Assembly: GCA_030390025.1 (NCBI GenBank)
Contig: CM059438.1
Location: 67,458,001 to 67,522,000 of the forward strand
Length of the DNA stretch: 64,000 nucleotides
DNA from: Squalus acanthias
Taxonomy: Eukaryota
Reading direction: 5' to 3'
The notes under the pieces are model-generated. The model saw only the letters and a list, made by a program, of their open reading frames with translations. It was not told the DNA's origin and did no database searches. Shown piece after piece: positions 35,426 to 44,729 of the stretch (the first letter of the stretch is position 1; every line of letters begins with the position of its first letter). The position numbers and the translations under genes are program-made.

Positions 35426-37237
35426 TCATGGGGCACTATTAGACGGTCCTGCGGCACCTACGGGGCCGGTTGCGACCGCCACCTGTCCACGCGCATTTAA
35501 AACCATCTTGCGCATGACTCCTAACACTGCCTCAAGGTCTTCGGGAGAGGTGGGTACCTTTGCCTCCTTAGCCGGGACAGGCGCCTGGGCTCGGACCGCG
35601 GGATTTTTATCCTTGGAATCCTTCCAAGGGTTCCTGCAGTGCTTGCGCCAGTGCCCTGTCTTCCCACACCCGTAACAGGCATTACTTGCCGGTGGGGCGC
35701 GATTACCCTCCTGATGCCACTCTCTTTGAGCCGGGGCTGCGGGTCGTACCTCATGTACTCTTCCCTTAAAGGGACGTGTTGCCATACCCCTTATGTTACG
35801 GTAACCTAACGTGAGTCGATTCAAGACCGACTCTTCCGTAAGGTTGAGGTCATTGGGATCGAACCAGGCTTTTGCCTGCTCTCTAACGGCTGGTAAACTG
35901 TTGGCTATTATGCACCTAAGCCAATGAATTAAAGCGGCGCCTTCCACATCTTCGCGCTCGGGCGCACCTAGACAGCTGCGCTCATATACTGGCCACAGCC
36001 TGTCGGCAAAAACCTTCGGGGGTTCTCCCTCCATCTGCACTGTCTGTCCCACTCTAGCAAACGGACCTCCGTCGTTCGCTCCCACTACTTCTAGGACCTC
36101 ATTTTTCAATTCCTCATAACTTTTATTACCCCTCTTGCTATCGCCTGAGAGACACTGAAGGACCGAGCTATCTAATGAGAACAGCAGCATTTTTGCTGTC
36201 TCCCCATCATCGCAGCCGTTGATGGCTGCGGCTTGCTCAACTTCCCTAAAATGTACGGAAGGGTCGTCTATCTCGGTCAGCTTCCTTACGTGGTTTATCA
36301 TGGCCCTCAGCTGGTGTGAACTGTGAGGCAACACCAGCTGTCCGAGGAGATCCCCCGGTTCTTCCCCACCGTTTCTGCTTGGGCCCCTTTTAATCCCCGT
36401 TACTGGATACAACGATCCCTTTTCTACCTCTTTTTCAACGGGCTCTTTCGCTTCTTCCGTTGCTTCCTCCCTAACCCAGGTTTCTGAATAGCTGGGTGGC
36501 GCGGAGGGCGCAGTGGCTACTACTTCTTCTGCTTTACTTGGTGGGGAATTTCTAAATCTCTCACTTACTAGCGGCTGGCGTGCCGACGGATTAATAAGGC
36601 ACACCATGCCGTTCGCATTATTCACGGCCTTTTTGAGGCTCTCTATCTCTTTTTCGCAGGCGCTATGGTCGGCTCCCTGAAACTTATCCTCAAGGGCCAA
36701 CTTATACGCCGACCTAACCCCCATTAAGCTCTCTTCTTGAGTTCTTATCTGGGCAGCTTGACGGTTACATCTGTCCTTCATCCTATTCTCGTTTAATTTT
36801 GCTTCAGTGATCTGGCACTCGAGATACTCTACCCTTGTTTTAAGGTAACTGGAGACTTCCTGGCTTTCCTGGCGTAACTCATTTAAACTCTTAATGAGCA
36901 CCTCCCCTCCAGAAACCTTCTCCTCCATTTCCTCCTCTAACTGCTTGATTCGAGCGGTTAGCGCTGTATTGGTCTGGTTTGAAATCTGAACCTGCCTTTT
37001 GTAGCACATAAGCCAGACTGCTTTCTCAACTGCCTTTTTATGCTCCTTACTATCCGTCCACCTTTCAGCTGCCTCTAGTGGGCTCTTATCCGCTAACAAT
37101 TCGCTTATCCACTTTTTCGTTAGATTAACCTTTCCAAACACGTAATCCGCTATCTTTTCCTGCATCACATTTCGTACAGTCATTCCAAAGTCCAACACAC
37201 CACCCTCTCGCTGCCAATGTCCTGCCGCGGTCGCCAT
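35426..37237 (-). CDS. gag: Gag polyprotein, 603 aa
   Basis: First ORF after the 5' LTR; N-terminal heptad/coiled-coil-like region, PSAPPSY late domain, CYGCGKTGHWRKHC (CX2CX4HX4C) zinc knuckle at 35636-35677. Confidence 0.92.
   Translation of the reverse strand: MATAAGHWQREGGVLDFGMTVRNVMQEKIADYVFGKVNLTKKWISELLADKSPLEAAERWTDSKEHKKAVEKAVWLMCYKRQVQISNQTNTALTARIKQLEEEMEEKVSGGEVLIKSLNELRQESQEVSSYLKTRVEYLECQITEAKLNENRMKDRCNRQAAQIRTQEESLMGVRSAYKLALEDKFQGADHSACEKEIESLKKAVNNANGMVCLINPSARQPLVSERFRNSPPSKAEEVVATAPSAPPSYSETWVREEATEEAKEPVEKEVEKGSLYPVTGIKRGPSRNGGEEPGDLLGQLVLPHSSHQLRAMINHVRKLTEIDDPSVHFREVEQAAAINGCDDGETAKMLLFSLDSSVLQCLSGDSKRGNKSYEELKNEVLEVVGANDGGPFARVGQTVQMEGEPPKVFADRLWPVYERSCLGAPEREDVEGAALIHWLRCIIANSLPAVREQAKAWFDPNDLNLTEESVLNRLTLGYRNIRGMATRPFKGRVHEVRPAAPAQREWHQEGNRAPPASNACYGCGKTGHWRKHCRNPWKDSKDKNPAVRAQAPVPAKEAKVPTSPEDLEAVLGVMRKMVLNARGQVAVATGPVGAAGPSNSAP
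37219..37236 (-). promoter_or_regulatory. Primer-binding site, tRNA-Arg(TCG)
   Basis: Minus strand TGGCGACCGCGGCAGGAC, 5 nt after the LTR end; plus strand GTCCTGCCGCGGTCGCCA equals the 3' end (with CCA) of vertebrate tRNA-Arg-TCG as I recall it. Confidence 0.85.
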
Positions 37238-37241
37238 TTTC

Positions 37242-38853
37242 TGTAAGGGATACTCTCCTGACCCTGCGTGTCTCGTAGCCTGTGAGATTCACGCGGCTCT
37301 GTGCAGCCTGTATGTCAGTGCGGGTCTAGGCCTGGTCTCCGGCCAGTCTGGGAACACTAGACACCCCTGTGAGTGGTTCGAATCACTCTCCCTTACGGTT
37401 CTAGACACTGGACTTAGATGCGAGAGCAGCAATGGAGATAAAACTCATGTAGACTTGGTTTGAACGGTACGAAATGGAAAATCTTTATTGCATGATACTT
37501 AAAATTATGAAATACATGTCATATGCACAGATTAATGACAGTACAATCTTACAAACAGTTATAATCACTCTTAGGGAAACGAGGAACGACCAGCACAACG
37601 TAAATAGGGCACACATTACAAATATCCTTAACTTTAAAACCCTCCCCTATCAATAACTATCCTAAAACTAGCTTCGTAGGATCCCGAGACTCATGCTCAC
37701 CACTCGTAATAACTCGGAGAAAATCCCGAATAGCTGATCGGATGTTTTTCACCGCAGCACCCACGTGTTGGTCAGGAGATCTCCTGGTCCCACTTGTTTA
37801 CTGCTTCTGCTGCTCGGTCAGTCGGCTGGACCGTCCGCTGTAGTGAAGACCTCTGTTGGTGGACTTTACAGTTCAGTCGAGGAGCACCGTTGTCAATATC
37901 ATTGATACGATGTGTTTGCACAGTCCAGTTATCGTCGATGCAATATGTTTTGTTAGAAGAAAACTTCGTTGTCAAGAAGACTTGGCTGATCGACCTACAG
38001 GCGCGGTCGGGATTTACTGACCGTGGCGATGGATAAGGTCTTCTTCTCTTCTCCTCTCATCTCATCTCATCTCATCTCATCCCGGGCCTTCGGTTCCGCT
38101 GCCAGCTACCAACATAGGTCTTTGCAACAGTCTTTCACCCAGGAGCAGCCACGAGGATAACAGCAGCAAGCGGCAAGAGTCACGAACACGAGGCAGGAGC
38201 AAGAATCAAGAGTCAAGAGCCAAGAATCAAGAGACAGAATGGACGGTTTGGGCCTGCAATTATAGTGCACAGTTCTTCCGTTTCCCGCCCAACTATAATG
38301 TCCATTCTTTTGTTTAAGGTTTGGCGCCCAAAAAGTCCTGTATGGGTGATCTCTGTCTTTAATGGGTTTCGGGGCTACTCCTGAATGTTTGAGTACCTGC
38401 TAATATTTCTCCCATTGTTAAATCGGTCGGTGTTCCCCCTGGAGGGGTTTGGGGCTTCCAAATGTCCTGCATAACTACCTGCTAACGGCTCTCTCATCGT
38501 AGAGCCGTTGGGAGTTTACATATTAATGTCCTTTGGATGGGCCCTTGATGGCTTTCCTTTGTACCTGGGAGACCGATTCCAGTATCGATGTTTATACTGT
38601 AAACCCATAATGTCCTGTGTAATGTCTTCACTGTGCTGAATCGTTATCGATCTTGCAAGAATGTTTATTGGAACGCCATCTTGTCTGCCTGCCGAAAAGT
38701 CTCGAACGTTCTGTCACGCGGTGCGGCGGCCATTTTACAGGCTGCTTGTGTCCAATTTAAACCTGACAGCATTCCGCTGAAATAAAAGCTGTTTTGAATG
38801 AAACTTGTGTTTTCTCCTTAAAAAATGAAATCGCGATAATTGCGAATTCTACA
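37242..38853 (-). repeat. 5' LTR (1612 bp)
   Basis: Matches 26253-27864 with no mismatch seen by eye; ORF-track translations of the two copies are identical; minus strand starts TGTAGAATT and ends CCCTTACA; PBS follows. Confidence 0.97.
38240..38291 (-). promoter_or_regulatory. Candidate LTR core promoter (GC/E2F-like box, TATAATT, Inr-like CCATTCT)
   Basis: Minus strand GGGCGGGAAA (38281-38290), TATAATT (38258-38264), then CCATTCT about 24 nt downstream. Confidence 0.4.
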
Positions 38854-39479
38854 GATGTAAAAAGCTACTTTAGTTCTTAACAGGTTAAAGAGTTAGAACA
38901 TTAACTCCTCATAGAACACAAAATTGCCTTTTCATTTAAAGTTTGAGGATTGAGTTTACAAGATTCCTTTCTCCATGTGAGAACATAAAGTCTGCAATGG
39001 CCTGTTAACAGCCAAATCCCATTTGGGCAATAACACTGACACAACTAATGCATTTTATTCATCAGCAACTGTAATTACACCCTAATTGCAGTCTTTATAT
39101 CATGGCCTGAGTAGGCTTTGCATGGTGGATTGTTAAATAACAATTTGACTTGTTGAATTTTGTCTTAAAATAATTTTTAGTTCAATTTAACAATGAAAAA
39201 ATGACTCGCGTATTATATCAGATGAAAGATAACCCCTTAATTGCCAGTTTCTCAAAGGGTTTTATGTTTTGTATCTGTTTATCGGAACTGTATGACAACA
39301 ATGGGGAGAATTGTTCCAAAATTGTGGCTGCTTTCAAAAAGAAATGGGGTAGATTTTGACTTTGTACGCTAGTGTAAAACGAGTGACAGCAAATCGGCAG
39401 CTCGTTTTGCATCTCTCCCGATTTTTATTTCAATTGAATTGATGGACTTCAAAATCGACTGAGGCAACGCTCTCGTGGC

Positions 39480-40075
39480 TGACCTCCCACCTCCATAAAC
39501 CTGAGATCATTCAAAACTCTGCTGCCTGTATCCTAACTCGCACCAAGTCCTGTTCGCCCATCACCCCTGTGCTCGCTGTCCTACTTTGACACCCAGTCTG
39601 GCAATACCTCGATCTTAAAATTCTCATCCTTGTTTTCAAAGCATCTCCATGGGCTCGCCTCTCCCGATCTTTGGAACCTCCTTCAGCCCTACAACCCTCC
39701 AAGATCTCTGCACTCCTCCAATTCTGGCCTCTCGTGCATCCCCGATTTTAATCGGTCTACCTTTGGCGGCCGTGCCTTCAGCTGCCTGGGCCCTAAGCTC
39801 CGTGGATCCCTCCTTAAAACCTACCTCTTTGACCAAGCTTTTGCTCAGCTGTCCCAATATCTCCTTATGTGGCTCGGTGTCAAACTTTGTTTGATAACAA
39901 CAACAACTTGGATTTATATAGTGCCTTTAACGTAGTAAAATGTCCCAAGGCGCTGCACAGGAGTATTTTAAGACCAAATTTGATACCGATCCACATAAGG
40001 ATAACGCTCCTGTGAAGCGACTTGGGACATTTTACTACAGTAAGGGCGCTACATAAATGCAAGTTGTTGCTGTTT
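39480..40075 (+). mobile_element. L2 LINE 3' fragment with an antisense L2 tail inserted
   Basis: Similar to 10330-10868; an inverted tail copy at about 39899-39999 is flanked by GATAAC. Confidence 0.8.
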
Positions 40076-41424
40076 TGTAATGGGCGGCCGATCCGACATG
40101 GCCAGTTTTTTGCCCTCAATGAAGTTTAAAGCTACCCCACAAAATAAAATAGTCAGGTGGTCCCATGTGGTAAAAGTGTCCGTTTTTATAGTAAGAACCA
40201 AGACAGAGAAAAGAGAAAGGAATAAACAGATTTGTACATTTCACTTTTTTCGCAAATATTTCTGGCACAGTACTTCACTAAAATGTTCTACTTAAACTAG
40301 AGTTTTCCCTTTCAATGCAATCGGCGATTCCGGCGCAAAATGCCCTCAAAATTTCACCAGTTTTGGAAAGAGTTCTTTTTCCCCCCTCCCCGAGTTTCTG
40401 CTGAAACTCATTTGCATATCGACAAACACAAAGGGCTCGATTTTGCCAGGCCCGAGGAGGCGGGAATGTGTGGGGTGTTAAAATTGCAAAAAATGGCCGG
40501 TGGGCCCGACCCCGCCTCCATCCTGCCTCCGAGCAATTTTCCCAAATGCGTGGTTTCTGATCCCGTCTCCATGAGGCGGGATAGGCCCTTAAGGCCCTTA
40601 ACAAACACTTAATTGCCTCTATAATCCCATTTTGAGAGGCCTTTCTGATTTTAACACTTTTCCGACGTGATGCACGCCTCCTCTGAAACACGACGGTGAA
40701 ACCTGGCGGTAGCACACTTGGATTGCTGACTATCAGCTGCAGGTCCACCATTAAGAAGGAGATTTGATCAATCATCATCATTCTGGGGGAACTTTTAGCA
40801 GTCATAACCATTGCTGTGGAACTTTGGAGCCTGGAGTAGTAGTAGTAGTAGTGGTGGTGGTGGTGGTACAAAAAAAATCTGGGAGCAGACTTAGGTCTCC
40901 TGCTGCTCATTTTGCCTCCAGGTCCCTCTCACAACAAAGGCCAAAAGCTTCCCAGTCTTTGCAGACCTTAAATGCAGCAACAATGATGACATCATCAGAG
41001 GCGACTTTCAGTCTGAAAAAACTAATTGGGTCATGGGTTCCCACATGCTGGAACTCAATTGCCCAATTAGGGGAAAATTGAATAATTCTCCCACATCCAA
41101 TTGGAGTCGGGTGGCTAACACGAAAAGCGGATGACACGACCCCAGCCCACCCCAATGACAAAATCGAGCCCAAAATCTGCCATGAACCAGTGCAATCGGG
41201 CCGCATTTTAAAACGTACTTTAAAATAAAATTTGCTTGAAAAAGTATTCCCTGATATAATTAAGAGTGGTAACTTGGTGCAGTTTGATTAATACAGCTGA
41301 AAATGGGTGTATCACAAAAGCATTTTAAATCACAGGGTCAACCCACCATCTGTGAGTAACCTGATTTTAAAAAACTGAAAATGATTAAAAAAATATATAA
41401 AACTGTTTTCTAGTTAGATGTGTT

Positions 41425-41828
41425 AGTCAGTGGCTCAGTTGGTAGCACTCTCGCCTCTGAGTCAGAAGGCTGTGGGTTCGTAGTCCTACTCTAGAGACCT
41501 GAGCACAAAAATCTAGGCTTACACTCCAGTGCAGTACTGAGGGAGTGCAGCACTGTCGGAGGTGCCGTCTTTTGGATGAGACGTTAAACCGAGGCCCCGT
41601 CTTCCCTCTCACATGGACGTAAAAGATCCCATGGCACTATTTCGAAGAAGAGCAGGGGAATTCGCCCTGGTATTCTGGCCAATATTTATCCCTCAATCAA
41701 CATATCAAATTTCCCACATTACAACAGTGACTACACTCCAGAAAGTACTTCATTGGCTGTAAAGTGCTTTGGGACATCCAGTGGTCATGCAAGGCGCTAT
41801 ATAAATGCAAGTCTTTCTTTCTTTCTTT
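41425..41828 (+). mobile_element. Deu-SINE (SacSINE1-like) with L2-type tail
   Basis: tRNA-like head GTGGCTCAGTTGGTAGCAC...GGGTTC; Deu-like core AAAGATCCCATGGCACTATTTCGAAGAAGAGCAGGGG; tail GGCGCTATATAAATGCAAG(TCTT)n. Confidence 0.75.
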
Positions 41829-42047
41829 AGATGGGGGTACAGTAATTAGTTCCGTAGTAAATTTAAAAAAAAATTACATTCAAAAGTTTTTTAAATGTTT
41901 CTATTCGTGTCCTTGCGCCCAAAATATCCAACTTAATTTTTAGAGCCTCCTCGAAGGCCTGCAAACGAGTGCAATTAGTGGACTCGCAATGATGATTAAT
42001 TCACGCCGGGGGGCGTGGCCAGTTTTGTGGGCAGGGCCTGCTTCAAC

Positions 42048-42697
42048 ACCAACAACAAAAACAACTTGCATTTATATAGCGCCTTTAACGTAGTAAAACA
42101 TCCCAAGGCGTGTGCAGGAGTATTTTAAGACAAAAAATTTGACACCGACCCACATAAGGATAAATTAGGGCAGATGACCAAAAGCTTGGTCAAAGAGGTA
42201 GGTTTTAAGGGGCATCTTAAAGGAGGAAAGAGAGGTAGCGAGGTGGAGAGGTTTAGGCAGGGAATTCCAGAGCTTAGGGCCTAGACAACAGGAGGCACGG
42301 CCACCAAAGGTTGAGCGATTATAATCAGGGATGCTCAAGAGGGCAGAATTAGAGGAGTGCAGATATCTCAGGGGTTTGTGGGGCTGAAGGAGATTACAGA
42401 GATAGGGAGGGGGGAGGCCATGGAGGGATTTGAAAACAAGGATGAGAATTTTGATATCAAGGCGCTGCTTAACCAGTGAGCACAGGGGTGATGGGTGAAC
42501 GGAACTTGGTGCGAGTTAGGCCACGGGCAGCCGAATTTTGGATGACCTCAAGTTTACGTAGGGTGGAATGTGGGAGGCCAGCCAGGAGTGCATTGGAATA
42601 GTCAAGACTAGAGGTAACAAAGGCATGGATGAGGGTTTCAGCAGCAGATGAGCTGAGGCAAGGGTGGAGACGGGCGATGTTACAGCGGTGGAAGTAC
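42048..42697 (-). mobile_element. L2 LINE 3' fragment
   Basis: Reverse complement of 10205-10868 (AAETLIHAFVTSSLDYSNALLAGLP). Confidence 0.87.
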
Positions 42698-42887
42698 GAT
42701 GTTTTTAAAACCAGTGCAACAGATCGTGAAAACTCAGATTGTTCTGAATGCAATTTGCGCCTATAATTCTGGAATCTTTTGCATCAGTTACGCCGATACC
42801 GGGTGAATTGCATCCAAAAAACCAGCGCCATCGAGCAGAAATTCTTTGATTTCTGGACTTTTATTCAGATTCTCCCTCCAAACGTTC

Positions 42888-44674
42888 TGGCCGAGATTTT
42901 CCGGGGGTTCAACGGGCGCGATTGGTGGCGGGTCGGGTGGAAAAGTGTTTTGTTTCCCCAGCGGGTCGGGACCCCGCTGTGAACCCGCCGCCTCACACCT
43001 TTCCTAATGTCGGGTCTGTCAGCGCTGACCAGAACCAACACGCAGCGGCACGGAACCCAATTCAGGCCATAATGAACTTGTTTAGATATCATTAAGAACA
43101 CATTTGAGTTCACCTTTTGATTTTACGTGCTCGCCCATGGGGTCCTCGCTGCTCGTGGACCATGTCTGTCAAGCTGAGGCGGGAGTTCAGTGGCCATTGA
43201 ATCAGCTGTTGAGTTGACAGCTTCAAATGTACAGTAAAAGCTCCCCCCTTACAGAGATATCTTCCCTCAGCCACAAGCTCTTCCTCACTGCATTTCCACA
43301 ACAGATTCACCATGCTGCAAGTCTTTACACAGGTCTCCATCCAGTCTGACCTCATTACCTCTCTCACCATTGACAGATCGCTTCTGTCATCTCTACTTCA
43401 CCTGCCATCTATTCCATCAGCATGGGTGCCCTTTATACTCTCTCACCTTGGTCCTCAGAAAACCACCACGATCAGCCCCAACACCAGCAGCACCAGGCAC
43501 ACCAGCAGCACCAACAACAACACCAGCAACCTTCTCCACAATCACCTGATGCTGCACAGGACAGCGGGCACCAACACTTGACCACATTGCTGCCCGGGAG
43601 GCCAGGGATGGCCTCACCATGGCCAGATTTACTTCACTTGATGCTGTACACCCTGGCTGCCACATGATGCGCCAGGTTGGCACCACCCCACACCAACACC
43701 ATAAAGCATCCCTACAATGCCCAAGTCATTCCTTTTACACTCATCACCAAGGTGGGGGGGCGGTGGGGGGGTACCATTATATTTCACCATTCACTGCAAC
43801 TCACTAAGCCACTTCCAAAGGTGCACACAAATCTGTCCAAGAATGCAAAGTGTTGAAAATAAAGGTTTCAATGTTTGACACCACATTAACAGAAACTTTA
43901 TATGAGCATTGCATAAAACACCCAAGTGCCAACCCTTGTGTGTTGTTAGTTGGTATGATTGCACTAGGATGAGGGTGAGTACGAGGGGTGGCTTGTGAGA
44001 TAGAGAAGTGATAATGTAGATAGAGTGGGATGGGTGGAGGTACAAGGTAATTTGGTGTGAGAAGGATGTGCAGGAGTAGGGTAGGGAAGGCAGAGTGATG
44101 GGGATGTGATGAGTGGCACAGCAGGATGAGGTTGAGTGTGGCTTTGCACTAACGTTTCGTGATCTACTGAGATCATTGAAAGATTTGCGGCACTGCACCC
44201 AGGTGCTCCTGACCACATCCCTGCTTGTGCCCTCCTGTGCAATGTACAACCAGGCTGTGTTGAACTCCTGGGGAGGTCTCTTCCACCCATAGGAAGGGAA
44301 GTGGACCTCCCTGCACACTGTGACTCCCTCCATAACCATATGAAGGGAGTCATGGGAGAGTCTTGGTGTAGTCCTGTGCCTCTGTGCAGTGCTTGTCAGT
44401 GTTTGCAGCACCTCAATGCTGTAGAACACTGACAGCAGAACTGTCAAATTAAAGTTGGCCATGGTCACTTTAAGGAAATTGGCTGATGATGCGTCATCAA
44501 GTGACGTCACCAGACACGCTTCCTCTAACTGGCTGGGAAGCACGCTGTGCGGGCATAACAAGCCCAATCAAGGTAAATTCATTTTACAGAGCGGGCTGGA
44601 GCAGGCAGCGGGGTCGGGACCTGCCACTGTCATCGCCCGCCACGGACCCACTGAGGTTAGTAAAATCTCGGCCA
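42888..44674 (-). mobile_element. PIF/Harbinger-derived element with Myb/SANT-like coding remnant
   Basis: 13-bp perfect inverted termini TGGCCGAGATTTT / AAAATCTCGGCCA; minus-strand peptide AWLYIAQE...RSTWVQCRKSFNDLSRS resembles the Myb/SANT-like domain of the Harbinger accessory protein. Confidence 0.65.
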
Positions 44675-44729
44675 AAGATTTTGGGGGGAATTGTAACACC
44701 CACCCCCCCACCCCCACACATACACACAA

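Larger units (their letters stand above)
26253..38853 (-). mobile_element. Full-length endogenous retrovirus (LTR-gag-pol-env-LTR), lokiretrovirus-like
   Basis: Two 1612-bp direct repeats (offset 10989) with TGTA...TACA termini; GATG on both flanks (26249-26252, 38854-38857); PBS and PPT; three long open ORFs on the minus strand with gag, pol and env motifs. Confidence 0.97.

Noticed and set aside
40278..41206. 210-aa and neighbouring ORFs with poly-His/Tyr/Val
   Set aside because: Driven by a (GTA)n(GTG)n microsatellite within a GC-rich repeat-like segment; no coding signature.
41425..41500. tRNA-like sequence
   Set aside because: It is the head of a SINE, not a complete cloverleaf tRNA gene; the same applies at about 2055, 12280 and 24666.
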